Shown here: positions 1 to 9,763 of the stretch, one piece after another
Layout: each line of letters begins with the position of its first letter
How positions within the stretch are numbered: the stretch's first letter is position 1
DNA from: Candidatus Multivorans sp.
GTDB lineage: Bacteria > Acidobacteriota > Thermoanaerobaculia > Multivoradales > Multivoraceae
Reading direction: 5' to 3'
Length of the DNA: 64,000 nt
Assembly: GCA_965206765.1 (NCBI GenBank)
Contig: OZ242222.1
Coordinates: forward strand, 1,191,165 to 1,255,164
Notes under the pieces: model-generated
What the model saw: the letters and a program-made list of their open reading frames with translations, nothing else
What the model was told of the DNA's origin: nothing
The model's database searches: none
Made by a program: the position numbers and the translations under genes

Positions 1-777
1 ATGAAGGTGACCGTCCTGCCGTGCTTGGCGGCCGTGTTCTTGATGATGTACTTGTAGAGCATCATCGCGTCCGCGGTCTCCACCAGCGGGCCGAAGTGCA
101 GGTCGATCTCGGCCTGACCGCCGGTGCCGACCTCGTGGTGCTGGCACTCGACGTGGAGTCCGACATCTTCGAGGGTCAGCAGCATCTCGCTGCGCAGATC
201 CTGGTGCTTGTCGGTCGGCGGCACTGGGAAGTAGCCCTCCTTGTACCGCGGCTTGTAACCCAGGTTCGGTCCCTCGTCCGCGCCGCTGTTCCAGCGACCT
301 TCGATCGAGTCGACCTCGTAGAACCCGAAGTTCGGGCCGCCGTCGAAGCGCACATCGTCGAAGATGAAGAACTCGGCCTCGGGACCGAAGTAGGCGGTGT
401 CGGCAAGGCCCGTCGACTGGAGATAGGCCTCCGCGGCCTTGGCGACGCCGCGCGGATCGCGCCCGTAGCTCTCACGGGTGATCGGATCGACGATGCTGCA
501 CGTCATGACCAGAGTCTTGTGCTCGAAGTACGGGTCGATGAACGCCGTGCTGGGTTCGGGCACGACCAGCATGTCCGACTCGTTGATCACCTGCCACCCG
601 CGGATGCTCGAACCGTCGAATCCGAGCCCATCCTCGAACGTGCTCTCGTCGACCTCGCTGGCGGGCACCGAGAAGTGCTGCCAAAGACCGGGAAAGTCGG
701 TGAACCTGAGATCGACGATCTGGACGCCTTCGTCCCGGATCCGTCCAATGATCGACTGGGGGCTAGCCTCTGCCATG
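1..777 (-). CDS. glnA: Glutamine synthetase type I, N-terminal part; the gene runs off the window start
   Basis: The reverse-strand translation from the ATG at 777 reads MAEASPQSIIGRIRDEGVQIVDLRFTDFPGLWQHF...GFDGSSIRGW...HHEVGTGGQAEIDL, which matches the GS beta-grasp and catalytic N-terminal motifs. An AGGAGG RBS lies 7 nt upstream. The ORF track missed it because there is no stop within the window. Confidence 0.85.
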
Positions 778-1133
778 AAGTCCTCCTTTGCTTGTCCTTG
801 CCGCGGTGAAGCCGCGCCGAACCGATGTAGTCGAGCCGCCGACCCGACTGATTTCTGCATGCACGAAAGCGCTTTGGCCGCCTGTCTATCAGCGAGTCCA
901 TCAACTGGCAACCCACGGCGCCGACGCTGTGTGTCCTCCGCTAGCAACGTCCGTGCCCGGACGGCTTCTTGGGACGTAGAACAGGCCACACGCCCCGAAC
1001 TACCGCACCGATACGCCAGGAAGCACCCACCGCGATTGGCTTCCCGCTTCTCACGCTGATCGCGCGCGAGTAGACACAACAACTCTGTCGCAGCACTCGC
1101 CCCGGATCCGACGATTCTGTAGCGGGACGCGAG

Positions 1134-2444
1134 CTAGCCCGGTTCCAGCCGCCCGAGCACCGCTGTGTCCTCGCGCCATCCCGGGTGGGCCCTGACCTGC
1201 AACTCCAGGTGTACCCGCCGCTTCAGGAAGTCCTCCAGGTCCCGGCGGGCCGCGGTGCCGATTTCCTTGATCCGTTGGCCGCCGCGACCGATCACGATGC
1301 CCTTGTGGCTGTCCCGGTCGACCAGGATGTGCGCGAGCAGGTCCGTCCGCTTGTCGCCGTCCTCCCAGCCTTCGATGACCACGGCGGTCGTGAAAGGCAG
1401 TTCGTCCCGCGTCTGCTCGAGCACCTTCTCTCGAATCAGCTCCGCCACCAGGAAGCGTTCCGTGTGCACGGTCAGAATCTCCGGATCGTGCTGCGGCTCG
1501 CCCGCCGGAAGGCGCTGCCAGAGGATCTCCAGGACCTGTTCCACGCCGTCCCCGGTAAGCGCCGAGATGGGCACGATCTCCTCGAACACGCCGGGGCCGG
1601 CATACCGCTCGATCTCGGGCAACAGCCGGTGCTTCTTGACCTGGTCGATCTTGTTCAGCAGGCACAGCATCGGACGTTCCGGTCCGGCTGCCGCCGCGGC
1701 GCCGACGAGATCGAGGGCGTAGGCCTCGCCCTTGCCGAACGGAACCGCCACGTCGCGGATCAGGCATACGACGTCGGCCTCGTTGAGTGCCGCGGAGGCG
1801 GCGTGGACCATGCTGCGGTTCAACCGGTGCAGGGGCCGGTGCAGGCCGGGCGTGTCGTGGAACACCAGTTGGCCGCGTTCCGTGGTCAGGATGCCGATCA
1901 ATCGGTGGCGGGTGGTCTGCGGCTTGTCCGAGACGATCGCCAGCTTCTCGCCCAGCATCCGGTTCATCAGCGTCGACTTGCCCGCGTTCGGACGGCCCAC
2001 GAACGCCACCGTTCCGGTCTTGTACGGCCCCACGAAGTGCCCCCGCAGCCGCTGCTCCAGGGCCTCCATCTCGCCGTCGTCCGTCTCGTGGTCATAGCCC
2101 AGGCAATGCAGGATTCCGTGCAGTGCAAGCATCTGGAGCTCTCGCTCGAGGGCGGTGCGGCCGCGCGCCAGGGCCGTCTCCACCGAGATCACGACATCGC
2201 CCAGGTGCCGCCCCTCCGGGGTCGTCTCGCCGGGAAACGAGAGCACGTCGGTCGACGCATCGACCGTCCGGTAGCGGCGGTTCAACTCGCGGATCTCGTC
2301 GTCGCCTGTGAGGCGCAGGGTCAGCGTGGCCGGGGCCGGCGCAAGTTCCGCGACCACATCGTGAGCGACGCGGCGGAGACCGGGCAACAGGGCCTGGCAC
2401 CTGGCCTCCACGGTGGCCGCAACCTGCAGATCGATGGTCGCCAC
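1134..2444 (-). CDS. ybeY-era: Fused YbeY endoribonuclease (N-terminal ~135 aa, HGILHCLGYDH zinc motif) and Era GTPase (GRPNAGKSTLMN P-loop, C-terminal KH domain)
   Basis: A single uninterrupted 436-aa ORF. The YbeY H-x3-H-x5-H motif is followed in the same frame by the Era G1 motif, DTPG, NKxD and the KH-domain GxxG segment (VIGRGGQRIKEIG). Confidence 0.85.
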   Translation of the reverse strand: MATIDLQVAATVEARCQALLPGLRRVAHDVVAELAPAPATLTLRLTGDDEIRELNRRYRTVDASTDVLSFPGETTPEGRHLGDVVISVETALARGRTALERELQMLALHGILHCLGYDHETDDGEMEALEQRLRGHFVGPYKTGTVAFVGRPNAGKSTLMNRMLGEKLAIVSDKPQTTRHRLIGILTTERGQLVFHDTPGLHRPLHRLNRSMVHAASAALNEADVVCLIRDVAVPFGKGEAYALDLVGAAAAAGPERPMLCLLNKIDQVKKHRLLPEIERYAGPGVFEEIVPISALTGDGVEQVLEILWQRLPAGEPQHDPEILTVHTERFLVAELIREKVLEQTRDELPFTTAVVIEGWEDGDKRTDLLAHILVDRDSHKGIVIGRGGQRIKEIGTAARRDLEDFLKRRVHLELQVRAHPGWREDTAVLGRLEPG

Positions 2445-2450
2445 GGCGGG

Positions 2451-4868
2451 TCAGTCGGACTGTCCGCTCCCCGCGCCGCCGGGAAGCACCCGTAGCGAAC
2501 CGCGACTCTCGGCCTTGAAGTCGAACCCCGGATACTCCACCCGGTGGTGGTGGATCGTCTTCAGGACGTTCTGCACGGTGTAGCTCAGCCGGCGCAGGTC
2601 GGAGAGGGTCAGGTCGGTCTGATCCAACTGACCATCTTCGACAATGTCGTCCAGCAGGCGCGTGACCAAAGCCTGGATCGACTCCTCGGAGAAGTCCTTG
2701 AGGGTACGGCTCGCGGCCTCGACCGTATCGGCGACCATCAGCACGCCCATCGTCTTGTTCTGGGGCATCGGGCCCATGTACCGGTACTGGTGTTCGTTGA
2801 TGGTCTGGCCCGGCTCCGCCCGCTTCTTCGCCCGGTCGAGGAAGTAGCTGAGGGTGCGAGTACCGTGGTGCTGTTCGATCGCGTCCACGATCGGCTGCGG
2901 CAGACCCTCCTCCCGCGCCAGGCGGACGCCCTCCTTCACGTGATCGATGAGGATCAGCGCCGACATCGACGGAGCGAGCTTGTCGTGCGGGTTGTCTCCC
3001 TCGCGCTGGTTCTCCACGAAGTACTGCGGCCGCAGCACCTTGCCGATGTCGTGGTAGAGGCCTCCGACATACGCCAGCGTCGGGTTCCCGCCCACCGCCT
3101 CGCAGCCCGCCTTGGCGAGATTGGCGACCATCAGCGAGTGCTGGAAGGTGCCGGGCGCCTCGAAGGCAACGCGCTGAAGGAGCGGCTGATTCGTGTCGGA
3201 GAGCTCCATCAGCTTCATGTCCGTGGTCAGGAACAACGCCGCCTCGAACACGGGGATCGCGAAGCCGACCGCGGCCGCGACCAGCAGGCCGCCGAGGAGT
3301 GCGCAGAGCAGTTCGAAGCCCCAGCCGGCGATCGTGGCGCCGTTCTCGTCCAGCAGGGTCAGCACGGTCACCGAAGCCATGTTGACGAGTCCGACCAGCA
3401 GGCCCGCCCTGATCACCGCCGACCGCTGCTTCAGTTGATCGAGCGCGAACACGGCGGCGAGGCTGCCGGTCAGCGCGTAGAGCATCGTGCCGCCCGCCAA
3501 CCCAAGCTGCGAGGTGGTTGCCTCCGACCATCCGAGACGCCCCACCAGCACGGAGAAGACCAGGCCGGCAAGCAACCCGGCGCCACGGCCGTAGAGGACG
3601 GACACCAGCAGCGCGACCGCGGCGAACGGAATCGTGAAGCCGTAGCTCCGCGCTGAACTGAGCGCCTCGATCTCGAAGGAAGCGGCGAGCGCGTCGGCGA
3701 CCACGAAGCCGAAGCGGGTCGCCAGAAGCCCCAGAATCAACAGCAGCACGACGCTACCGAAGGCGCGGGCCTCGACGGTGACCAGCCGCTTGCGCCGGAA
3801 CGCGATCCACAGGAACGCCACCGCCAGCCCCAGCAGCAGCGCCGACGCCAGCGGCGATCGGAGCAGCGTCAGCGTCCCCTCGCTGCCCGTCATCTCCCGC
3901 AACAGACTGATGGCCTCCTGGTCGACCACGGCGCCCTTGCGCACGATGACCTGGCCCGCCCGGATCTGGTTGAACACCGATCCGACCGCTTCCGCGGCCG
4001 CGTTCCGGCGCTCCTGGGTCTCGTTCAGGTTCAGGTAGATGTTCGGGGTCAGGTTGACCATCAGGAAGTCGACGACCGTGTTCCGGTCGGCGCGGGACCA
4101 GCCGCCCCACCGGCCGACCTCCGCTTCCAGGTAGCTCTGCACCTCAACCGGGTACCCGCGGTAGCCGAAGAGGTCGAACTGGACCGACTCCTCGCCGGTC
4201 TGCATGTTGCGCTCCGTCACGCCCTCGAGCCGGTTCTGGAGCAGGGTCTCCTTGTTCTCCACGATCCCGCCCCGAAGCAGGAACCCGACCAGGCGAACGA
4301 GGCGCTCCTCCAGCTCCGCGCCTTCGTCCTGTTCGCCGATGCGGGCAGCAAGCAGGTCCGCGTGGCCTTCGTCGACCCGCAGATCGCTGCCCTCCCTCAG
4401 CCGCAGCAGCCGTTCGGAGGCCACGTCCTCCTCCGGCAGAAGCTCGGCCACCTCGTCGAAGCCCCGCTCGATCTCGAACAGGCGCCCGATCCGGCCCTCG
4501 ACCTCCTCAGCCAGGGCGGCGTCGAAGTCGTACAGCGGCCGGACCTCGGTACGGGCCCGCTGCTTCAGCTCCTCCGAGGTCGCCTCATCGAGGATCAGGA
4601 CGTCGCGGGTCGCGTGATAGTCGCGGTTCGCGATGTCGCCTTCGCTCAGATCCGGACCGAAGAAGAAGCCGGCCGGGGCCATGATCCAGGCGCCGGCCAG
4701 GACCATGAACACGACCCAGACGACGTCGAGCTCCAGCAACCAGTGCCACAGGCCGGCGACGGTCAGCCGTTCGCCGTGGCGCCGGAACATGCTGCGCCGC
4801 AGCCGCTTGCGAGCCTCCCGCCGCCGCCCGGTCCGGCGTCGCCGGGTTGTCTTCGCCGACGGGCTCAC
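2451..4868 (-). CDS. pgpH: 7TM-HD (HDIG-domain) membrane phosphohydrolase, PgpH/YqfF-like cyclic-di-AMP phosphodiesterase
   Basis: 805 aa. It has an N-terminal extracellular region, multiple TM helices and a C-terminal HD domain (LYHDIGKVL ... EQHHGTRTLSYF). It keeps the conserved position between phoH and ybeY. Confidence 0.8.
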   Translation of the reverse strand: MSPSAKTTRRRRTGRRREARKRLRRSMFRRHGERLTVAGLWHWLLELDVVWVVFMVLAGAWIMAPAGFFFGPDLSEGDIANRDYHATRDVLILDEATSEELKQRARTEVRPLYDFDAALAEEVEGRIGRLFEIERGFDEVAELLPEEDVASERLLRLREGSDLRVDEGHADLLAARIGEQDEGAELEERLVRLVGFLLRGGIVENKETLLQNRLEGVTERNMQTGEESVQFDLFGYRGYPVEVQSYLEAEVGRWGGWSRADRNTVVDFLMVNLTPNIYLNLNETQERRNAAAEAVGSVFNQIRAGQVIVRKGAVVDQEAISLLREMTGSEGTLTLLRSPLASALLLGLAVAFLWIAFRRKRLVTVEARAFGSVVLLLILGLLATRFGFVVADALAASFEIEALSSARSYGFTIPFAAVALLVSVLYGRGAGLLAGLVFSVLVGRLGWSEATTSQLGLAGGTMLYALTGSLAAVFALDQLKQRSAVIRAGLLVGLVNMASVTVLTLLDENGATIAGWGFELLCALLGGLLVAAAVGFAIPVFEAALFLTTDMKLMELSDTNQPLLQRVAFEAPGTFQHSLMVANLAKAGCEAVGGNPTLAYVGGLYHDIGKVLRPQYFVENQREGDNPHDKLAPSMSALILIDHVKEGVRLAREEGLPQPIVDAIEQHHGTRTLSYFLDRAKKRAEPGQTINEHQYRYMGPMPQNKTMGVLMVADTVEAASRTLKDFSEESIQALVTRLLDDIVEDGQLDQTDLTLSDLRRLSYTVQNVLKTIHHHRVEYPGFDFKAESRGSLRVLPGGAGSGQSD

Positions 4869-5869
4869 CGAGCCTCCTGCCGCCCCGAGTCGGGACCGAA
4901 ACGAGCCTCCCAGCGGTCATAGGCGCCGACGACCCGCTGTACGAGTTCGTGGCGGACCACGTCGGACCGCCCGAAGCGCACGAATTCAATGCCCTCCTCG
5001 CCGCGAAGCACCTCGAGTGCGTGCTTCAGCCCCGACTGCTGGCCGGGCGGGAGGTCGACCTGCGTGATATCGCCGTTGACCACCGCCTTCGAGTTGAAGC
5101 CGATGCGGGTCAGGAACATCTTCATCTGCTCCGGCGTCGTGTTCTGCGCCTCGTCGAGGATGATGAAGCTGTCGTTGAGCGAGCGACCCCGCATGAAGGC
5201 GAGCGGCGCCACCTCGATCACTTCGCGTTCCATCATCCTCGACACCTGGTCGAAGCCGATGATGTCGTAGAGAGCATCGTAGAGCGGTCGCAGGTAGGGG
5301 TTCACCTTCTCCGCCAGGTCGCCGGGCAGGAACCCGAGCTTCTCGCCCGCTTCGACCGCCGGCCGCGCCAGCACGATACGCCGGACCTTCTCCTGCTTGA
5401 GCGCGGAAGCCGCCACCGCCACCGCCAGGTAGGTCTTGCCCGTGCCCGCCGGCCCGGTCGAGATGACCAGATCATGATCCAGCATAGCGCGCAGGTAGCG
5501 CTTCTGGTTCAGGCTGCGTGGAGCGACGAGGCGACGCGAGGCCAGGATCAACGCTCCGGTCTTGAAGAAATCGACCAGCGATGTGGCCGGTTCCTCGGCC
5601 ACCACGCGCAGCGCGGTCGCCAGGTCGCCACCGCTGAGCCTGCGGCCACTCGCGGCCAGCGTGCCGAGGTCGGTGAGCAGGCGCTCCGCCTGGCTCACCG
5701 CCTTCGCCGCACCCTGGATCTGAACCGCCGATCCACGCACGCCGAGGGTCACCTGGAGCGCCTTCTCGACCCGCCGCAGGTTCTCGTCGTGGGCGCCGCA
5801 GATCGCCTGCACCGACCCTTCGGGCAGGATCAACTGCGCTCTGGCCGGCGCTGGTTCAGCGGTAGTCAA
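4865..5869 (-). CDS. phoH: PhoH-like ATPase (PhoH/YbeZ)
   Basis: Walker A GPAGTGKTYLAVAVA, ILDEAQN and DITQVDLP motifs. The stop overlaps the pgpH start. Confidence 0.9.
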   Translation of the reverse strand: MTTAEPAPARAQLILPEGSVQAICGAHDENLRRVEKALQVTLGVRGSAVQIQGAAKAVSQAERLLTDLGTLAASGRRLSGGDLATALRVVAEEPATSLVDFFKTGALILASRRLVAPRSLNQKRYLRAMLDHDLVISTGPAGTGKTYLAVAVAASALKQEKVRRIVLARPAVEAGEKLGFLPGDLAEKVNPYLRPLYDALYDIIGFDQVSRMMEREVIEVAPLAFMRGRSLNDSFIILDEAQNTTPEQMKMFLTRIGFNSKAVVNGDITQVDLPPGQQSGLKHALEVLRGEEGIEFVRFGRSDVVRHELVQRVVGAYDRWEARFGPDSGRQEAR

Positions 5870-6707
5870 AGAACCCCTTGCCGGTCTTGCGTCCCAGTCG
5901 CCCGGCCTGGACCATCTGCTTGAGCAGTGTCGGCGGGGCGAAGCGGGTCTCCCGGTACTCGTCGAACATGATGTTCGCGACGTAGTACATCGTGTCCAGG
6001 CCGATGAAGTCGCACAGCGTGAACGGTCCCATCGGATAGCCGCAGCCCAGCTTCATCGCGGTGTCGATGTCTTCCAGGCTGCCGATGCCGTTCTCGTAGG
6101 CGCGGATCGCATCCAGCAGATACGGGACCAGCAGCCGATTGACGATGAAACCGGAGTTGTCCTTGCACGCGACCGGCGTCTTGCCGACCCGCTTGGCCAG
6201 ATCCCAGCAGGCGTCGTACGCCTCGTCCGACGTCATCAGGGTGCGGACGACCTCGACCAGCCGCATCGCCGGCACCGGATTGAAGAAGTGGAGCCCCACG
6301 AACCGGTCCGGCCTCGAGGTCGAAGCGGCGAGCTGGGTCAGGGTCAGCGAGGACGTGTTGCTGGCGAAGATCGTGTCCTCCCCGACGATGTCGTCCAGGG
6401 AGACGAACAGCTCGCGCTTCGACTCCAGGTCCTCGACGATCGCCTCGACGATCAGATCGGAACCGGCGAGATCCGCAAGGTCGACCGTGCCGGACAGGTT
6501 CGAGATCGCCCGGTCGTGCTCCCCGGCGTCGATACGCCGCTTCTCCAGACTCTTGGCCAGGGACACGCGCACCGCGCCGAGCCCCGCATCGAGCAGTTCC
6601 CGGTTGATCTCCCTGACCGTGACCGGGATCCCGGCCCGCGAACAGATCTCTGCAATGCCCCGGCCCATGAGACCGCAGCCGACGATGCCAATGCGTTGCA
6701 CTTCCAT
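5856..6707 (-). CDS. hbd: 3-hydroxyacyl-CoA / 3-hydroxybutyryl-CoA dehydrogenase
   Basis: The start is at the internal MEVQRIGIVGCGLMGRGIA Rossmann motif. The HFFNPVP segment and the C-terminal dimerisation region are present. The annotated ORF has a 22-codon upstream extension, which I reject. Confidence 0.8.
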   Translation of the reverse strand: MEVQRIGIVGCGLMGRGIAEICSRAGIPVTVREINRELLDAGLGAVRVSLAKSLEKRRIDAGEHDRAISNLSGTVDLADLAGSDLIVEAIVEDLESKRELFVSLDDIVGEDTIFASNTSSLTLTQLAASTSRPDRFVGLHFFNPVPAMRLVEVVRTLMTSDEAYDACWDLAKRVGKTPVACKDNSGFIVNRLLVPYLLDAIRAYENGIGSLEDIDTAMKLGCGYPMGPFTLCDFIGLDTMYYVANIMFDEYRETRFAPPTLLKQMVQAGRLGRKTGKGFFDYR

Positions 6708-6747
6708 CGAACTCTCTTCTCGCCTCCTCTTGTAGGTCCGCGGCGAA

Positions 6748-7215
6748 TCAGCCGCTCCGGTTCCGAGAGCCACCTGGCCCGGTTTCGGTGCGGGACTCTA
6801 GCAACGGTTCCAGCACCTCGATCCTCCGCTGTCCTGGTTCCCGACCGACCTCCAACCGGACCTCCATCGCCGGCACGGGGTACGGCAGGCGGTCGGCCCA
6901 CTCGACGACCTTGACACCGTCCCCCGCCAACAACTCCTCCAACCCGATCCCCTCGACCTCCTCCGGCTCCAGCCGGTAGAGGTCTACATGGACCAGACGC
7001 GCCGGCCCGCGGTCGTGCTCGTGAATCAGAGTGAAGGTCGGCGACTGGATCTGCCCCGCGTCGAGCCCCAGGCCCTCGGCTATGCCCTGGGTCAGAACCG
7101 TCTTGCCGGAACCCAGGTCGCCGAACAGGAGTGCCATGCCATCGGGCCTCAGCCGTTCGGCGAGTTCGACCCCCAACTTCCGGGTCTCTCCGGCGCTCCC
7201 GGTGCGAACGATCAT
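6748..7215 (-). CDS. tsaE: tRNA threonylcarbamoyladenosine biosynthesis ATPase TsaE (YjeE)
   Basis: 155 aa with P-loop GDLGSGKTVLTQGIAEGLG and the conserved SPTFTLIHEH segment. Confidence 0.85.
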   Translation of the reverse strand: MIVRTGSAGETRKLGVELAERLRPDGMALLFGDLGSGKTVLTQGIAEGLGLDAGQIQSPTFTLIHEHDRGPARLVHVDLYRLEPEEVEGIGLEELLAGDGVKVVEWADRLPYPVPAMEVRLEVGREPGQRRIEVLEPLLESRTETGPGGSRNRSG

Positions 7216-8762
7216 GGCTCCAACAGCGACTTGAACGCCGATCCGAGTTCATCGACCAGGTCGGAGGCGGCCATCGACGTCTCACCCCAGGTTGCGGCGG
7301 CCAGATCGCCCGCCAGACCATGAACGTAAACGCCCATCCTCGCCGCGGAAGGCGGTTCCAATCCCTGGGCCAAGAGCGCCGCGATCACCCCGGTCAGCAC
7401 GTCGCCACTGCCCCCTGTCGCCATACCCGGGTTGCCGGTCGGGTTCACCCAGGTGCCGAGGGCGGGGTCCGAGATCAGCGTCTGGCGGCCCTTGAGGACG
7501 ACCACCGCCCCGGTCTCGCGAGCAGCCCGCCGCGCATACCCCCAGCGGTCGTTCACGACGGCATCGGTCGCGACGCCCAACAGGCGCGCCAGCTCGCCCG
7601 GATGGGGCGTGATCACGAGATGCGTGTCGCGCGCCCGGAGCGCCCTCGCGTCGCCGGCGAATGCGGAAATGCCGTCCGCGTCGAGGACGACCGAGGCCGT
7701 ACTCCGGGCCAGCACCTGCCGGGCAAGAACGCGGGCATCGCCGCTCAGGCCGAGGCCCGGGCCCAGCGCCAACGCGCCCGGCGAGGCGCGCTCGACGATC
7801 GCCTGCAGCAACGGCTCCACCGCGTCCCGCGACCAGCCGCCCCGCTCCGAGGGCAGGCCCAGGGTCATCGACTCGATCGAACCGGCGTCGACCACAAGAG
7901 CGAGGTGCTCCGGCACAGCCGCCGTGACCAGACCGGCGCCGCTCCGGACAGCGGCGCGCGCCGCCAGGACCACGGCCCCGCTGTAGCCGCTCGCTCCGCC
8001 GGCAACGACGACGTGACCGAACGTTCCCTTGTGGCCACCCCGCGGACGCGTTCCGAGGCGGCCCATCAGTTCCTCCCGCCGCGACTGGTAGAGCGCATCG
8101 GGCCCCGGGGGCGGTTCCGTCAGCGGCACACCGAGATCGCCGATCCGGAGCCGGCCGCCAGCGTCGGAGGCCGGCGCCAGCACGTTCGCAACCTTGGGGA
8201 AGCCCAGAGCCACGGTGAGATCGGCGACGACGTGGGGCCCAGGCGGCACGGCCGCGGAGGCATCGAGCCCGGTCGGCAGGTCGACCGAGACGACGGGGAC
8301 TTCTCCCCGGCAGTTGCTCAGCCAGTCGACCCAGCGGGCCACCGGGCCTTCGACGGGCCGATTCAGCCCCGTGCCGAGCAGCGCGTCGACCCAGAGGTCG
8401 ACCTCCCGGCCCACCGCGTCGGACTTGGCGGGCTCGGGAACCGCCGCGGGCGACAGCCCGAGCTGCTCGCAGGAGACGAGCTGCTGCGCCGCTTCGAGGC
8501 TGAGTCTGTCGAGCGGTCCGGCGATGTAGGCCGTCGCTTCGTACCCCCGCGTCGTCAGATCGCGCAGCAGCGCCAGACCGTCGCCGCCGTTGTTGCCCCG
8601 GCCGCAGACGATGGCGACACGGCGCGCGCGCGGATAGCACTCGGCAATGGCGTCGGCGATGGCGCAAGCCGCGTTCTCCATCAAGACCAGCGCCGGCACG
8701 TTCAGGCCGGAGATCGCCGCGGCTTCGACCGACCGCATCTCGTCGCTGGTGACGACTCTCAC
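7212..8762 (-). CDS. nnr: Bifunctional NAD(P)H-hydrate repair enzyme Nnr (N-terminal epimerase YjeF_N plus C-terminal ADP-dependent dehydratase)
   Basis: CGRGNNGGDGL (YjeF_N), then GHKGTFGHVVVAGG ... GNPGMATGGSGDVLTG in the carbohydrate-kinase-like C-domain. I place the start at the GTG at 8762, which forms a GTGA overlap with the upstream gene. The annotated 577-aa ORF carries a 5' read-through. Confidence 0.8.
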   Translation of the reverse strand: MRVVTSDEMRSVEAAAISGLNVPALVLMENAACAIADAIAECYPRARRVAIVCGRGNNGGDGLALLRDLTTRGYEATAYIAGPLDRLSLEAAQQLVSCEQLGLSPAAVPEPAKSDAVGREVDLWVDALLGTGLNRPVEGPVARWVDWLSNCRGEVPVVSVDLPTGLDASAAVPPGPHVVADLTVALGFPKVANVLAPASDAGGRLRIGDLGVPLTEPPPGPDALYQSRREELMGRLGTRPRGGHKGTFGHVVVAGGASGYSGAVVLAARAAVRSGAGLVTAAVPEHLALVVDAGSIESMTLGLPSERGGWSRDAVEPLLQAIVERASPGALALGPGLGLSGDARVLARQVLARSTASVVLDADGISAFAGDARALRARDTHLVITPHPGELARLLGVATDAVVNDRWGYARRAARETGAVVVLKGRQTLISDPALGTWVNPTGNPGMATGGSGDVLTGVIAALLAQGLEPPSAARMGVYVHGLAGDLAAATWGETSMAASDLVDELGSAFKSLLEP

Positions 8763-9529
8763 TGCCGGGACTCCGTTGCTGGCGGACGGCGGGACCAGGA
8801 CGCCACCACGTCGGCGGTTCGCGGGCACAGGGACCGCAACTCGGGCCGGCATTCGAGAGCGGCCCGGAATCGAGCCAGATCGTCCACCGTGTCGAGATCC
8901 TCCTCTTCCGGCAGGAGGGCAACATCCAGGCCCAACTCGCCGCAACGCGACAGCGTCTCGGAAAGCACCGACGGCGTGCTCCAGGCCACTCCGTCGAACA
9001 ACCGACGGTCTACAGCCTCACGCCGCAGGGCGATCAGGTAGTAGCCACCGTCCCGAGCCGGACCCAGGGCCGCATCGCGCCCGGCGGCAAGAAGATCGAA
9101 CGCCATCTCCACCCGCGCCGGATCGAGCTCGGGGTGATCGCTGCCGACCGCCGCCGCGTATCCGGCGCCGGACGCCGCCCATTCCAAACCCCGGTAGAGC
9201 CGCTCGCCCAGGTCGCGACCGCGCTGTCGCCGCCAGGACACGCCGGCAGGCGCCAGGTCGGCTGGCGGATCATCCCCCTTCGACAACGACCACATCAGAA
9301 CCAGATCCCAGCAGCCGGCTTCGAGACGTCGGCTCAGGTCCGCAACCAGGGCGGCGTGCAGCGAAGCGGCCTGACGACCGGTCAGACCGCCTGGAACGAT
9401 CAACCGGGTCTTCACGTCGCCGGGCACCGGGTCCTTGGCGAAGAGCAGCAGCCGGCGCGCCGTCGCGTCGGCGGACCGAACGCCGGGCGCCTCCAGAACC
9501 CTCGCGCAGTCGACGGGGTGCGCCACCAT
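8759..9529 (-). CDS. DUF2064 (TIGR04282) family protein, glycosyltransferase-like nucleotidyltransferase fold
   Basis: LLLFAKDPVPGDVKTRL ... GSDHPEL ... GGYYLIAL ... STPSVL pattern typical of DUF2064. 256 aa. Confidence 0.6.
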   Translation of the reverse strand: MVAHPVDCARVLEAPGVRSADATARRLLLFAKDPVPGDVKTRLIVPGGLTGRQAASLHAALVADLSRRLEAGCWDLVLMWSLSKGDDPPADLAPAGVSWRRQRGRDLGERLYRGLEWAASGAGYAAAVGSDHPELDPARVEMAFDLLAAGRDAALGPARDGGYYLIALRREAVDRRLFDGVAWSTPSVLSETLSRCGELGLDVALLPEEEDLDTVDDLARFRAALECRPELRSLCPRTADVVASWSRRPPATESRQ

Positions 9530-9544
9530 CGCCCGAAAGGGCCC

Positions 9545-9763
9545 TCACCTCTTCCTGAGCCGTCTGAGCGACCACGCGATGGCGATCCCGACGGCGCCCG
9601 CCGCGACAGGCAACACCCAGGCTGTCCCCACGCGGACGCGGCTCAGATCGGTTCCGCCCACATCACCGAGCGCCCTGCGGACCTGCGCCACGGCCTCTCT
9701 CGTGTCGTCACGCCGGCGAACCAGCAAAGCCGCCCGCTGGCGCGCCTCCGACCGGCGGCTCAC
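9545..9763 (-). CDS. Small hypothetical membrane protein, possibly a YqjK-like partner of the upstream holin-X-like protein
   Basis: 72 aa, Arg-rich N-terminus and one hydrophobic segment (WVLPVAAGAVGIAIAWSL). Its start overlaps the stop of the 9760..10224 gene. Confidence 0.4.
   Translation of the reverse strand: MSRRSEARQRAALLVRRRDDTREAVAQVRRALGDVGGTDLSRVRVGTAWVLPVAAGAVGIAIAWSLRRLRKR

Noticed and set aside
778-1133. Sigma-54 (TGGCAC-N5-TTGCW) promoter or NtrC sites upstream of glnA
   Set aside because: I scanned the 350-bp leader on the coding strand by eye and found no convincing -24/-12 match, so I do not report a site.
1185-2495. Long + strand ORF (436 aa) mirroring the ybeY-era gene. 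Similar mirror ORFs occur at 2544..3656, 7131..9041, 10378..12417, 14547..15749, 18318..19625, 22339..23454, 59013..59798 and elsewhere.
   Set aside because: These are antisense read-throughs typical of 70% GC DNA: stop codons are rare, the translations are Arg/Ala/Gly-rich and low-complexity, and each is the exact mirror of a clearly recognisable gene on the other strand.
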